DNA of 56,821 nucleotides from Actinomycetes bacterium (GTDB taxonomy: Bacteria; Actinomycetota; UBA4738), in NCBI GenBank assembly GCA_021784765.1, contig JAJYHN010000203.1, positions 1-56,821 on the forward strand, read 5' to 3'. The translations under genes and the position numbers were made by a program. Below are positions 1-9,772 of the stretch, in pieces (within the stretch, counting starts at the first letter, position 1; each line of letters starts with the position of its first letter). Under the pieces are notes generated by a model. That model was not told where the DNA came from. It made no database searches and was given only the letters and a program-made list of their open reading frames with translations.

Positions 1-425
1 GCGGCTTCGCGCAGTTTCAGCCGGGGACGAACCTGCGCGCCTGGCTGTACCGCATCCTGATGAACACGTTCATCAACAGCTATCGGAAGAAGCAGCGGGA
101 GCCGCAGACGGTCTCCGACGAGGAGATCGAGGACTGGTATCTCTACTCCAAGGTCGTCGAGGGAGGCGCGGAGCGCTCGGCGGAGTCAGCCGTGATCGAG
201 GCGCTGCCGGACGAGGAGGTCCAGGCCGCCCTGCAGTCCCTGCCGGAGCAGTTCCGGGTCGCGGTGCTGCTCGCCGACGTCGAGGGGTTCAGCTACAAGG
301 AGATCGCGGAGATCACCGGGGTCCCGATCGGGACCGTGATGTCCCGCCTGCACCGCGGAAGAAAAGCGCTCGAGAAGGCGTTGTGGGAGGCGGTACGGGA
401 GCGAGGCCTTGTCAGAGACCTTTGA
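1..425 (+). CDS. sigH: ECF sigma factor, SigH/SigR-like (5' end outside window)
   Basis: Frame is open from the window edge. Contains [24 protein letters not shown] (region 2) and [28 protein letters not shown] (region 4 HTH). Followed by an overlapping ZAS anti-sigma gene. Confidence 0.9.
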   Translation, partial: GFAQFQPGTNLRAWLYRILMNTFINSYRKKQREPQTVSDEEIEDWYLYSKVVEGGAERSAESAVIEALPDEEVQAALQSLPEQFRVAVLLADVEGFSYKEIAEITGVPIGTVMSRLHRGRKALEKALWEAVRERGLVRDL

Positions 426-663
426 CTGCGACGACGTCCTACACGACCTCGAGCACTTCATCGACGGAGAGCTCGACGCCGAGCGTTCGGCACACCTCGC
501 GACGCACCTCGGGGAGTGCAGCCCCTGCCTGCGTCACGCCGACTTCCAGCGGAAGCTGAAGGAGATCGTCCGCTCGAAGTGTCAGGAGGAGGCGGCTCTG
601 CCGGGGGCCCTGCTGGAGCGCATTCGCCTGCAGATCCGCGGGACGGCCACCGCCGGCGAGTAG
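409..663 (+). CDS. rshA: Zinc-binding anti-sigma factor, RsrA/RshA-like
   Basis: 84 aa with the H-x3-C-x2-C motif (HLGECSPC) plus an N-terminal Cys (FDCDD). TTG start lies 17 nt inside the sigma gene 3' end. Confidence 0.85.
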   Translation: MSETFDCDDVLHDLEHFIDGELDAERSAHLATHLGECSPCLRHADFQRKLKEIVRSKCQEEAALPGALLERIRLQIRGTATAGE

Positions 664-786
664 GGGTTCGGGGGCCTGCGCCACGCTTTCTCAACAGCTC
701 CGCCGCATCCCGCGGAATCCGCTCACGGGCCGGGGAGCGAATACCACTCGTGGAGGGGGGCGCGACCGTGGCGCCCCGACGCTCGG

Positions 787-975
787 ATGAAGGGAAGTCG
801 TCCTGGAAGGCTGCCGCCGCCGTCGCCCACGTCCGAGCGCACGGACCGGCGCTGCGCGGCGCCAGGCTGCACCACCCGCCTCTCGATGTACAACCTCGGC
901 TCGGCCTGCTGGCAGCACGCCGACCTGGTGTTTCCCAACTACCGCGGCAAGCGACTGCCTCGGGGTTCGGACTAG
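787..975 (+). CDS. Small Cys/His-rich hypothetical protein (possible zinc ribbon)
   Basis: 62 aa with ATG start. Third-position GC is about 90% from codon 9 onward. Contains C-x4-C ... C-x2-H (CAAPGC...CWQH). No family recognised. Confidence 0.45.
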   Translation: MKGSRPGRLPPPSPTSERTDRRCAAPGCTTRLSMYNLGSACWQHADLVFPNYRGKRLPRGSD

Positions 976-1082
976 CCGCTCAGCTCGTCAGTTGCGACGG
1001 GTTCCCTCCCTTTCGCCGGACCGCCCGGGTGTGGTACACCGTACATGAAGGTTGGGAGTTCCCCGACCATCGGGAGGGGATC

Positions 1083-1283
1083 GTGGTGAGCCCGAGGGGG
1101 GAGCGATATCTGAAGACCGCTGAGGTCGCGCGGATCCTGCACGTTTCGCCCAAGACCATCACGCGGTGGGCGCGCGACGGGAAGTTGCCGCACTCCCGGA
1201 CGCTCGGCGGACACCGGCGGTTCCCCGCCGAAGAGATCGAGCAGTTGGCGCGCGAGCTGATGCGGGAGACCGCGAACACCTGA
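1083..1283 (+). CDS. bldC: BldC-like small MerR/excisionase-type DNA-binding protein
   Basis: LKTAEVARILHVSPKTITRWARDGKLPHSRTLGGHRRFPAEEIEQL closely resembles Streptomyces BldC. In-frame GTG at 1083/1086. The upstream part of the 255-aa track ORF is Arg/Pro-rich noise. Confidence 0.8.
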   Translation: MVSPRGERYLKTAEVARILHVSPKTITRWARDGKLPHSRTLGGHRRFPAEEIEQLARELMRETANT

Positions 1284-1381
1284 GCCTCGACGGTCGAGGA
1301 GCAGCTCGATCGCCGAGAGGAAGCGCTCGCGGCGCTGGTTTTGGTGCCCTCGACCGGGTTGCCGGACCAAACGTGGTCGAG

Positions 1382-2209
1382 ATGCTCGCCCGGGCGGTAC
1401 TGTCGCAGACCGTGGGCGGGTCGGTCGTTCGGACGGAACCGGGCGTGGTCTGGAGGATCGTGCTCGCGCGCCCGGAAGTCCGCAACGCCGTCTCACGGGA
1501 GATGAGCGACGCGCTGCGGGCGTCGCTGACGGCCGCGGCCGACGACCCCGCCTGCCGGGCGGTGGTGCTCGCCGGCGAGGGGCGGGATTTCTGCGCCGGG
1601 GCCGACCTCGGCGAGCTGGCCGAGGCCCGCGAAGGTCGCGTTCCCGTCGACTATGGCTGGCCCCTCGAGGAGGTGCTGGCCGCCGTCGAGGACCAGCCGC
1701 AGCCGGTGGTCGCGGAGGTCCAGGGGGCGGCGCTCGGGGCGGGGTGCCTCCTGGCACTCGCCTGCGACCTGGCCGTGGCGGCCGAGGACGCGCGGTTCGC
1801 GATCCCGTCGGCGCGTCTCGGCGTCGTGGTCGGCTACGAGAGCGTCGAGCGGCTGGTGCTGACCGCGGGCCCGAAGCGGGCCGCCGAGCTGCTGACCGCC
1901 GGCCGGACGATCACGGGCGCTGAGGCCGCGGCGTGGGGGATCGTGAACCATGCGGTGCCGGCCGCGGAGCTCGGCGTTGCCGCCGCCCACCTCGCCGCCG
2001 AGGTCGCCGCGCTCGCGCCACTGTCGGTGCGCGCGCAGAAGCGTGGGGTCCGGGCGGCGCTCGAGCGCCTGCGGCTCCCGCGCGGTGCCGAGCGGCATCG
2101 CGTGGCCGATTTCGACATGATGGCGGCGGCCGCGTTCGCCAGTGAGGACGCGGCGGAGGGCGCGGCGGCGTTCCGGGACCGGCGCCGCCCCGAGTTCAGG
2201 GGACGGTGA
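1382..2209 (+). CDS. Enoyl-CoA hydratase/isomerase (crotonase) family protein
   Basis: VLAGEGRDFCAGADLGEL and RPEVRNA crotonase motifs. ATG at 1382 within the 347-aa ORF. Confidence 0.85.
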   Translation: MLARAVLSQTVGGSVVRTEPGVVWRIVLARPEVRNAVSREMSDALRASLTAAADDPACRAVVLAGEGRDFCAGADLGELAEAREGRVPVDYGWPLEEVLAAVEDQPQPVVAEVQGAALGAGCLLALACDLAVAAEDARFAIPSARLGVVVGYESVERLVLTAGPKRAAELLTAGRTITGAEAAAWGIVNHAVPAAELGVAAAHLAAEVAALAPLSVRAQKRGVRAALERLRLPRGAERHRVADFDMMAAAAFASEDAAEGAAAFRDRRRPEFRGR

Positions 2210-2210
2210 G

Positions 2211-2909
2211 ATGCCGGCGAAGCGGGGGACGGCGGGGGTGTCCAGGACGAGCCCGGCGGCCGAGCGGGCACCGGAGATCGCGCGGCGGCTCCGGAAGATC
2301 TATCCGGGTGCGACGGTCGCGCTGAGGTTCTCGACCCCCCTCGAGTGCCTGGTCGCGACCGTCCTCTCGGCCCAGTGCACGGACGAACGCGTCAACCGGG
2401 TGACGCAGGGCCCGGACGGGCTCTTCGCGAAGTACCGCTTGCCGCAGGACTACCTGCGGGTCTCGGAGGCGGAGCTCGCCACCGACGTCAAGCCGACCGG
2501 CTTCTTCAACCAGAAGACGCGCTCGATCCGCGCCGCCTGCGCGAGGATCGTCGAGGACTTCGGCGGCGAGGTGCCGCGGAGCATGGCTGAGCTGGTCACC
2601 CTGCCAGGGGTGGCGCGAAAGACGGCGAACATCGTCCAGGGCAACTCCTATCCGGAGGAGCACGCGAGGGACCCGGACGCCGGCATGGCGGTCGACACGC
2701 ACGTCCGCCGGCTCGCGCAGCGGCTGGGGCTCTCGGGCGAGACCGACCCCGACAAGATCGAGCGCGACCTGATCGCGGTGCTGCCGCGCCGCGAGTGGTT
2801 CCCGTTCACGTATCTGCTCATCGACCACGGCCGGGCCGTGTGCAAGGCGCCGACGCCGAGGTGCGAGGACTGCGTGGTCGCCGACCTCTGCCCCTCGAGC
2901 AGGGTCTGA
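2211..2909 (+). CDS. nth: Endonuclease III
   Basis: HhH-GPD core (LPGVARKTANIV) and C-terminal C-x6-C-x2-C-x5-C Fe-S loop (CKAPTPRCEDCVVADLC). Confidence 0.9.
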   Translation: MPAKRGTAGVSRTSPAAERAPEIARRLRKIYPGATVALRFSTPLECLVATVLSAQCTDERVNRVTQGPDGLFAKYRLPQDYLRVSEAELATDVKPTGFFNQKTRSIRAACARIVEDFGGEVPRSMAELVTLPGVARKTANIVQGNSYPEEHARDPDAGMAVDTHVRRLAQRLGLSGETDPDKIERDLIAVLPRREWFPFTYLLIDHGRAVCKAPTPRCEDCVVADLCPSSRV

Positions 2910-2971
2910 CCGCCGCCCGCGTGCCCGGGGCGGCTCGCGGGCGGCTCAGGACCGAAGGGAGAGGGTCGACC

Positions 2972-3235
2972 TCAGCCGGTGAGCACCAGGTGGGCGAGCT
3001 GGCTCCGGCGTCGGACCCTGCGGAGGGAGCGCCGCTCGTCCTCGGACAGGCCGCCCCAGACCCCGGCCTCCTGGAGGGTCTCGATCGCCCACTCGAGGCA
3101 GGCGTCGCGGACCTCGCACTGGATGCACACGGCCTTCGCCCGCTGGGTCTGGACGAGGGCGCTCGCGGTCGTCCCGACTGGGAAGAAGAGCTCGGGATCC
3201 TCGTCCCTGCACCGTGCCCGGTGAACCCACTCCAT
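2972..3235 (-). CDS. whiB: WhiB-family Fe-S transcription factor
   Basis: 87 aa. Four Cys (RCRDEDPELFFP...CIQCEVRDAC) and the GVWGG turn typical of WhiB1-like proteins. Confidence 0.9.
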   Translation of the reverse strand: MEWVHRARCRDEDPELFFPVGTTASALVQTQRAKAVCIQCEVRDACLEWAIETLQEAGVWGGLSEDERRSLRRVRRRSQLAHLVLTG

Positions 3236-3367
3236 CGTCGCCCCTCCCCGGCCCGCAGGCCGCTCCCGGCGTTCCCGAATGGATCCGGCCCGCGCTCACG
3301 GGGCTCCCGGGGCCGCGGGCGTGGCACGCAAGGGGCGGATTATACTGACGCCGCTTTCGACGGCACA

Positions 3368-4165
3368 ATGGCCCCGCGACGATTTGGCGACCTTGTTTGG
3401 CCGGCCGTGGTGGCGCACCGCGGCGCTTCGGCCACGCATCCCGAGAACACCCTCGACGCGTTCGAGGCGGCCGTCGCCGCGGGGGCGGATGGGGTGGAGC
3501 TGGATGTCCGCCTCACGGCCGACGGCGTCCCCGTGGTGCTGCACGACGCCGACGTTGCGGCGACCACCGACGGCCGGGGGCCGGTCCACGAGCTGCCGAT
3601 CGAGCTGGTGCGGGAGCTCGACGCCTCGGGCGGGCGCGGCCTCGGCCTGCGGATCCCGACGCTGCGCGAGGCCCTGGAGGTCCTGACGCCCTGGGTCGGC
3701 GTGGACATCGAGGTGAAGAACAGCCCGGGCGAGCCGGGTTTCGATCCCGACGACCGCGCCGTCGTGGAGGTGCTCGCGGCGCTCGACGTGCTCGGGGTCC
3801 GGGACCGGGTCCTGATCTCCTCGTTCAACCCGATGACGGTCGCGCGTGCCCGGGGCCTGGCTCCGGACGTCGCGACGGGGCTGCTCACCCCCGAGGCCCT
3901 CGATCCCCGGTCCGCTGCGGCGGCCGCCCGTGACGGCGGACACGCCTTCGTCCTGCCTGCGGTGGAGGCGGTGCGCGACGGGGGGCCCGCGTTCGTCGGC
4001 GAGGCGCACGCGGCCGGCCTGCGGGTTGGGGTGTGGACGGTCGACGACCCCGAGGAGGTCGAGCGGCTCTTCTCGTGGGGGGTGGACATGGTGGTCGCAA
4101 ACGACCCGGGCGCGCTGGTCGGGGTCCGCGACGCCGCGCGGGCCTCGCGGATCCCGCGCGCCTAG
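3368..4165 (+). CDS. Glycerophosphodiester phosphodiesterase
   Basis: VVAHRGASATHPENTLDAFEAAV...GVELDVRLTADGVPVVLHD is the GDPD signature. ATG at 3368. Confidence 0.85.
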   Translation: MAPRRFGDLVWPAVVAHRGASATHPENTLDAFEAAVAAGADGVELDVRLTADGVPVVLHDADVAATTDGRGPVHELPIELVRELDASGGRGLGLRIPTLREALEVLTPWVGVDIEVKNSPGEPGFDPDDRAVVEVLAALDVLGVRDRVLISSFNPMTVARARGLAPDVATGLLTPEALDPRSAAAAARDGGHAFVLPAVEAVRDGGPAFVGEAHAAGLRVGVWTVDDPEEVERLFSWGVDMVVANDPGALVGVRDAARASRIPRA

Positions 4166-5070
4166 GCCCCGAGCACGGCGAGCGCCCCGGGGACCGCCGA
4201 GATCTCGACGCGTTCGCGCTCGCCGACGAACTCCCCATCGACGTGCACCGGCGCCGGCGCATCGGACTCTACGCAGAGCAGCGTCCGGCCGGCGAGGTGC
4301 AGCGCGTGGGGGCCGCGCGCGCCCCTGCCGAACATTCCGACCACCGTGCGGCCGACGGTGCGGACGGCAAGCGAGTCGAGGGCGATGCAGTCGAGGCCAT
4401 CGCCGCCGGCCTCGGGACACAGGCGGATCGGCCGCTCGCCGAGGTAGGTGTAGGGGTCGATGTTCTGCGCGACGACCAGGAACAGCCCCTCCCGCCGCTC
4501 GTCGCCGCCCTCGCCCCAGCGCAGCGCGAGGTGAGGGGTCCGGCGGTCGTAGCCGGAGGCCAGCACGCGGAGCGCCGACCAGACGAAGAAGCCGTCCCCC
4601 ACGGCGCGCTTTGCGAACTGCCGCTGCTCGACCCGGCGCACGATGGCGGCGTCGAGCCCCACCCCGCAGTTGGCCGCGAACCACCGCCCGTCGATCCGGC
4701 CGAGGGACACGCGGCGGGGGCCCTCGCCGAGCCGCTCGAGCAACGCCACGGCGGCCTCGATGGGATCCCGGGGGATCCCGAGCGATCGGGCGAACACGTT
4801 GGCGCCGCCGCCGGGCAGGATCGCGAGTGGCAGGTCGCCGCCCGCGATGCCGTTCACCACCTCGTTCACCGTGCCGTCCCCGCCGAAGGCGACGACCAGG
4901 TCGAACCCTTCCGCGGTGGCCCCGGCCGCGAGCCGCGTCGCGTGTCCCCGACCCTCCGTCCGGACCTGCTCGACCCGGAACTCCGAGGAGAGCGCGCGCG
5001 TGATGATCCCGAGCGCGGCTGGCGTCACGGTCTGCGCGTTGACGTTGACGACGAGGAGGAGGCGGCGCAC
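4162..5070 (-). CDS. Diacylglycerol kinase-family lipid kinase
   Basis: FDLVVAFGGDGTVNEVVNG catalytic-domain motif. GTG start at 5070. Confidence 0.85.
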   Translation of the reverse strand: MRRLLLVVNVNAQTVTPAALGIITRALSSEFRVEQVRTEGRGHATRLAAGATAEGFDLVVAFGGDGTVNEVVNGIAGGDLPLAILPGGGANVFARSLGIPRDPIEAAVALLERLGEGPRRVSLGRIDGRWFAANCGVGLDAAIVRRVEQRQFAKRAVGDGFFVWSALRVLASGYDRRTPHLALRWGEGGDERREGLFLVVAQNIDPYTYLGERPIRLCPEAGGDGLDCIALDSLAVRTVGRTVVGMFGRGARGPHALHLAGRTLLCVESDAPAPVHVDGEFVGERERVEISAVPGALAVLGA

Positions 5071-5082
5071 CGGCCCCGGATT

Positions 5083-5778
5083 CTAGCTGCCGCTCGCCGC
5101 TCGCCGCCGGTGCGCCTGCTGGGGGCGGAGCCCCTCGAGCAGGGCGTCGACCACGCCGGCGACGAAGGCCTCGTCGGTCTCGGCCTGGCCGGGCCGTCCT
5201 TCACCGAGCCAGACGTCGAGGAACGCCCGCGCGAAGCACGCCCCGAGCAGCGCCGCAGCGGCATGCGAGGGGGAGGCCCCCGGCGCCAGCCGGCCGAGGT
5301 CCCGCTCGGCCCGCAGGTATCGCTCGACCTGCCGGAACGCGTGCAGTGGCCCGCGCTCCTCGTCGGCGAACCGTCGCCGCTGCTGCTCGAGCAGCTCGCG
5401 GTCGACGATCGCCCCGCCGACGAACGGGAGCACGGCCCGGTAGAAGGTGGTGGCCGCGCGGCCGAGCTGGAGCAGGGCGTCCCGCACCTCGGCCCGGCCG
5501 GCCCGCTCCGGGAGCTCGTCGACCAGCGCGACGAACTCCGGAAAGCTGTCGCCGACGAGCTCGAGGAACAGCGCGTGCTTGTCCTCGAAGTGGCGGTAGA
5601 TCGTCCCCTCGGCGCAGCCGGCGAGGGCCGCGATGTGCCGGGTGGTGGCGGCGTGCAGGCCCTGCTCGTCGACGATCCGGCGCGCGGCCTCCAGGATCTG
5701 GCGGCGGAAGCCGGCACGTGGAGGGCGCCCTTCGATCTCGGGCGCGTGGCCGGCGGGGCGCTCAGCCTCAGCCGACAT
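5083..5778 (-). CDS. TetR-family transcriptional regulator
   Basis: HTH ATTRHIAALAGCAEGTIYRHFEDKHALF. ATG at 5778 overlaps the stop of the upstream MFS gene by 11 nt. Confidence 0.85.
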   Translation of the reverse strand: MSAEAERPAGHAPEIEGRPPRAGFRRQILEAARRIVDEQGLHAATTRHIAALAGCAEGTIYRHFEDKHALFLELVGDSFPEFVALVDELPERAGRAEVRDALLQLGRAATTFYRAVLPFVGGAIVDRELLEQQRRRFADEERGPLHAFRQVERYLRAERDLGRLAPGASPSHAAAALLGACFARAFLDVWLGEGRPGQAETDEAFVAGVVDALLEGLRPQQAHRRRAASGS

Positions 5779-7387
5779 GGACGGCCGCGCTCTCTCCGGA
5801 TCCATCGTGGACCGCGACGTGGCTGCGGACGAACAGCAGCGACAGCACCGAGGCGAGCAGGGCGAACGCGATCGAGACGAAGAGTCCCACGTGGATCGCG
5901 TGCACGAACGAATCGTGCACCGCACGGACCACCGTGTCGAGGACGGCCGGCGGCGTCCCCACCGGAGCCGCCGCTCCGGACACGCGCCCGGCGGCTGCCC
6001 CGGCGCCGGCCTTCGCCGTGATCGCCGCCACCGTCCGGGCGGGGAAACCGGCCTCGAGCAGCTGCGCGCGGAACCCGCGGTTGAACGCGGCCGTCACGAC
6101 GGCCCCGAGCAGCGCGATCCCGAACACGCCGCCAACCTGCTGGGACGTGGTCTGGGTGGCCGAGGCGATGCCGGCTCGGCGCGCCTCGACCGAGCCCATG
6201 ACGGCGGCCGACAGCGGCGACATCGTGAGGGCCATGCCGGCGCCCATGACGACCATCGCCGGGAGGATGACGGTCGCGTACGAGGAGTCCACCTCCATGC
6301 GCAGCGACATCGCGAGGCCGGCCGCGAGCACGGCGGTTCCGCCCGTCATGAACCACCGCGACCCGAAGCGGTCGGACAGCCGCCCCGAGACGGGGGCGAT
6401 CAGCAGGATCATCACGGTGAACGGCAGCAGGCGGACGCCGGTGCCGACCGGGTCGTAGCCCTCGACGTTCTGCAGGTACAGCGAGAAGAAGAACGTCATC
6501 CCGAACAGCGCGAAGAAGATGGCCGTCGCCGACGCGATCGCCGCCGAGAACGTCGGGTTGCGGAAGAACGACAGCGGCAGCATCGGCGACTCGCGGCGCG
6601 ACTCGACCCACACGAACACCGCCAGCATGACCGCGGCCAGCCCGAACGAGGAGAGGATCAGCGGGTCGGTCCACCCGCGCGTGTTGCCCTCGATGGTCGC
6701 GTACACGAGGGAGGACAGACCGAGGGTGCCGGTGACGACGCCGGGCGGGTCGAGCCGCCGGGACCCCGAGGTGTCCCGCGACTCCTGCACCACGAACCAG
6801 GTGAGGGCCACGGCCACGACGCCCACGGGGACGTTGATGAAGAAGATGCTCTGCCAGCTCACGTGCTGGACGAGATAGCCGCCGACGAGCGGCCCGAACG
6901 CCACGGCCACGCCCGACATCGCCGACCAGATGCCGATCGCCGCACCCCGCTCGCGTCCGTGGAAGGTCGCCGAGATGATCGAGAGCGACCCCGGCAGCAG
7001 CAGCGTGCCGCCGAGCCCCTGGATCGCGCGGAACGCGATCAGCTCGTGGATGTCGGTCGACACGCCGCAGAGCAGGGAGCCGGTCGTGAACAGGGCGAGC
7101 CCCCCGATGAAGAACCGCTTGCGGCCGAACAGGTCGGCGAGGGTCCCTCCGGTCAGCATGAACGACGCGAACGTCAGCGTGTAGGCGTCGATGATCCACT
7201 GCAGCTCGGAGACGCCGGCCCCGAGCTTGCGCTGGATGGTGGGCAGGGCCACGTTCACGACGAGGTTGTCGAGCATCGGCATGAACAGGCCGAACACCAT
7301 CGCCACGAGGACCCACCACTTGCGGCGGCCCTCCGTCGGGGTCCGCGCCGCGCCCGCGGGCGCGCGCGTGGCCATCTCCGCCACCAT
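5768..7387 (-). CDS. MFS transporter, DHA2 (EmrB/QacA-like, 14-TMS type)
   Basis: LDNLVVNVALPTIQRKLG...LADLFGRKRFF motifs. ATG at 7387 is preceded by GGAAGGGGGG. The track start at 7477 is a GTG inside a palindrome. Confidence 0.85.
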   Translation of the reverse strand: MVAEMATRAPAGAARTPTEGRRKWWVLVAMVFGLFMPMLDNLVVNVALPTIQRKLGAGVSELQWIIDAYTLTFASFMLTGGTLADLFGRKRFFIGGLALFTTGSLLCGVSTDIHELIAFRAIQGLGGTLLLPGSLSIISATFHGRERGAAIGIWSAMSGVAVAFGPLVGGYLVQHVSWQSIFFINVPVGVVAVALTWFVVQESRDTSGSRRLDPPGVVTGTLGLSSLVYATIEGNTRGWTDPLILSSFGLAAVMLAVFVWVESRRESPMLPLSFFRNPTFSAAIASATAIFFALFGMTFFFSLYLQNVEGYDPVGTGVRLLPFTVMILLIAPVSGRLSDRFGSRWFMTGGTAVLAAGLAMSLRMEVDSSYATVILPAMVVMGAGMALTMSPLSAAVMGSVEARRAGIASATQTTSQQVGGVFGIALLGAVVTAAFNRGFRAQLLEAGFPARTVAAITAKAGAGAAAGRVSGAAAPVGTPPAVLDTVVRAVHDSFVHAIHVGLFVSIAFALLASVLSLLFVRSHVAVHDGSGESAAVHVG

Positions 7388-7461
7388 TCCCCCCTTCCGG
7401 GCCGCCGAACGGCCCCGGTCCGTCCCCACCGCCCCGGCGTACGAGCGGGTCTCCGCCGAGT

Positions 7462-7481
7462 ATGAGTGAGCGCTCACTCAT
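7462..7481. promoter_or_regulatory. Perfect 20-bp palindrome ATGAGTGAGCGCTCACTCAT (candidate TetR/MarR operator)
   Basis: Exact inverted repeat in the divergent MFS/TetR <-> MarR/MFS intergenic region. Confidence 0.5.
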
Positions 7482-7527
7482 TCGACAACGAGCGCGGGAA
7501 TTTCCGGCACCGTCCGCTGCGTTACTC

Positions 7528-7542
7528 TTTGCATCATGCAAA
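7528..7542. promoter_or_regulatory. Palindrome TTTGCAT-C-ATGCAAA over the MarR start codon, with a TACTCT -10-like box just upstream
   Basis: Exact 7-bp arms. The ATG at 7536 lies inside it and TACTCT (7523-7528) sits 7 nt upstream, consistent with a leaderless, autoregulated transcript. Confidence 0.4.
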
Positions 7543-8057
7543 CTTCGCTTCGTGCAACCGTTGGCCCGCCCACCGGCCGCCGCCGGCCCGGGCTGGCGGC
7601 GCAGTTCCAGGACGCCTGGGACGAGATGGCCGGGTTCGTCCTGAACCGCAAGCTCCGTGCCGCCGAGTTCCACGGCGAGCGGCTGGACCCGTCGCAGCTG
7701 CGGGCGCTGGCCGTGCTGGACGCCGGCGAGCTCGGTATGCGCGACCTCGCCGACCGGCTCGGTCTCGCCGAGAGCTCGGTGACCCGCCTCGTCGACCGGC
7801 TGGAAGCGGCGGGCCTCGCCGAGCGCCACGCGGCCGGGCCCGGCGAGGACCGGCGCCGCGTCCACGTTCGCCTCACCGGCGACGGGGGGGCGTTCGTCAC
7901 CCGCGTTCGCGCCGCGGAGCGGGAGTTCCTGAAGGAGATCCTCGAGTCGCTCGAGCCCGCGGAGCGGGTCGAGCTCGTCCGACTGTTCGCGAAGGTGGCC
8001 GCCCGGTTGCGGGAGCGCGAGACCGCCGGCTCGACGACCTGGGAGGTGCGCGCGTGA
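7536..8057 (+). CDS. MarR-family transcriptional regulator
   Basis: Winged-helix region [33 protein letters not shown]...[10 protein letters not shown]. Stop overlaps the next start (GTGA). Confidence 0.85.
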   Translation: MQTSLRATVGPPTGRRRPGLAAQFQDAWDEMAGFVLNRKLRAAEFHGERLDPSQLRALAVLDAGELGMRDLADRLGLAESSVTRLVDRLEAAGLAERHAAGPGEDRRRVHVRLTGDGGAFVTRVRAAEREFLKEILESLEPAERVELVRLFAKVAARLRERETAGSTTWEVRA

Positions 8058-9736
8058 CCCGCCGGCAGATCATGTTCGTGTTCGTCGGCGTCATGCTCGG
8101 AATGCTGCTGGCGGCGCTCGACCAGACCATCGTCGCCACGGCGCTGCCGACGATCGTGGCCGACCTGCACGGCTTCAGCCACTACTCGTGGGTGGTGACG
8201 TCCTACCTGCTGACCTCGACGGTCACCGTGCCCCTGTACGGGAAGCTCTCGGACATGTGGGGCAGGCGGAAGCTCTTCATCCCCGCGATCGTGATCTTCC
8301 TGGCCGGCTCGGCGCTGTCGGGGCTCTCGCAGAACATGACCCAGCTGATCGTGTTCCGGGGGATCCAGGGGATCGGCGCCGGCGGGATGCTGCCGCTCGC
8401 CATGGCGATCATCGGCGACATCTTCTCGCCGCGCGAGCGGGGGAAGTACCAGGGCTACGTCGGCGCCGTCTTCGCGTCCGCCTCGATCATCGGGCCGCTG
8501 CTCGGAGGCTGGCTCACCGACAGCGTGTCGTGGCGTTGGATCTTCTACATCAACCTGCCGGTCGGAGCGGTGGCGCTGTTCGTCATCGCGACGCGGATGC
8601 ACATGCCGTTCACCCGCAAGCAGCACCGCATCGACTACCTCGGGGCCTCGCTGCTGTCGGCCTCCGTCGTGGCCCTGCTGCTCGTGGCCGAGTGGGGCGG
8701 CACCACCTACCCGTGGCGCTCGTGGCAGGTGATCGGCACGGCGGCCGCCGGGCTCGCGCTCGCCGCCGGGTTCGTGATGGCGGAGCTGCGCGCGGACGAG
8801 CCCGTCCTGCCGCTCCGGCTGTTCCGCAACTCGGTGGTGACGACGTCGTCGATCGCGACCCTGCTCCTCGGCGCCGGGATGTTCGGCGTGACCATCTACA
8901 TCCCGCTGTTCGTGCAGGGCGTGATCGGCGTGTCGGCGACGAATTCCGGCGTCGTGCTGATCCCGCTGATGCTCGGGTGGGTGACGGCCGGCATCGTCGT
9001 CGGGCAGCTCGTGACGAGGACCGGGCGGTACAAGATCTGGACGATCACGGGCTCGCTGACTGCGCTCGCCGGATTCTTTCTGCTGACCCGGCTGTCGGTG
9101 CACGCGACCCGGGCCGAGGCCCTGGTCGCGATGGTCGTCATCGGTGTCGGCATGGGCCAGATGTTCCAGACGTTCGTCGTGGCCCTGCAGAACGCCGTCG
9201 ATCGCACGGAGCTCGGGGTCGCGACGGCCGCGAACCAGTTCTTCCGCTCGATCGGCGCGACGTTCGGGACGGCCGCATTCGGCACCCTGCTGACGACCAG
9301 GCTGACGAGCGAGCTCGCCTCGGGGCTCGCCCGAGTCCCCGGCGGCACGACGCCGTCCGGGTTCAGCCCGTCCCAGCTGCTGGCCGGACCCGCGGCCCTG
9401 AAGGGCCTGCCGCCGCAGGTCGTCGACGTGGTGCGCGGTGCGCTGGCAGGCGGGCTGCACGTGGTGTTCGTCGCCGGCCTGCCGCTGATCGCGCTGGTCA
9501 TCGTGGTCGCGTTCCTGCTGAAGGAGCTGCCGCTGCGCACGACCGCCTCGGTGCACGTCTCGCCCGAGGGTCCGGTGGAGGTGGCCGACGACGAGCCGGC
9601 CCCGGCCGCGGGTGCGCGTCCGGCGAGCGCCGGCGGGGTGTTCGACGCCGCCGAGCTGGAGGCCGAGCTGGAGGCCGAGATCGAGGCCGAGCTCGAGGCC
9701 GAGCTCGCGGCCGAGGCCGAGGCCGACCCGGTCTGA
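8054..9736 (+). CDS. MFS transporter, DHA2 family, with acidic repeat tail
   Basis: [17 protein letters not shown]...[16 protein letters not shown] at 8054. C-terminal (A/E-E-L-E)n tail. Confidence 0.9.
   Translation: MTRRQIMFVFVGVMLGMLLAALDQTIVATALPTIVADLHGFSHYSWVVTSYLLTSTVTVPLYGKLSDMWGRRKLFIPAIVIFLAGSALSGLSQNMTQLIVFRGIQGIGAGGMLPLAMAIIGDIFSPRERGKYQGYVGAVFASASIIGPLLGGWLTDSVSWRWIFYINLPVGAVALFVIATRMHMPFTRKQHRIDYLGASLLSASVVALLLVAEWGGTTYPWRSWQVIGTAAAGLALAAGFVMAELRADEPVLPLRLFRNSVVTTSSIATLLLGAGMFGVTIYIPLFVQGVIGVSATNSGVVLIPLMLGWVTAGIVVGQLVTRTGRYKIWTITGSLTALAGFFLLTRLSVHATRAEALVAMVVIGVGMGQMFQTFVVALQNAVDRTELGVATAANQFFRSIGATFGTAAFGTLLTTRLTSELASGLARVPGGTTPSGFSPSQLLAGPAALKGLPPQVVDVVRGALAGGLHVVFVAGLPLIALVIVVAFLLKELPLRTTASVHVSPEGPVEVADDEPAPAAGARPASAGGVFDAAELEAELEAEIEAELEAELAAEAEADPV
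9650..9727 (+). repeat. In-frame 12-nt tandem repeat (GCCGAGCTSGAG-like) encoding [25 protein letters not shown]
   Basis: About six consecutive near-identical 12-mers, read directly at the 3' end of the MFS gene. Confidence 0.7.
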
Positions 9737-9741
9737 AGCCA

Positions 9742-9772
9742 CGGCACGCCGCCCCGCCTGGACGGCGTGCCG
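9742..9772 (+). terminator. Stem-loop CGGCACGCCG-N11-CGGCGTGCCG downstream of the MFS gene
   Basis: Perfect 10-bp GC-rich stem 6 nt after the stop. No U-tract. Confidence 0.45.

Noticed and set aside
4160-4167. CCTAGG where the convergent glpQ-like and lipid kinase stop codons overlap
   Set aside because: This is a real overlap of TAG stops on both strands, but it is most simply a coincidence of compact gene packing. There is no adjacent structure suggesting function.
9650-9727. Tandem repeat considered as a CRISPR array or minisatellite
   Set aside because: The units are 12 nt and contiguous, with no spacers, and lie in frame inside the MFS coding sequence.
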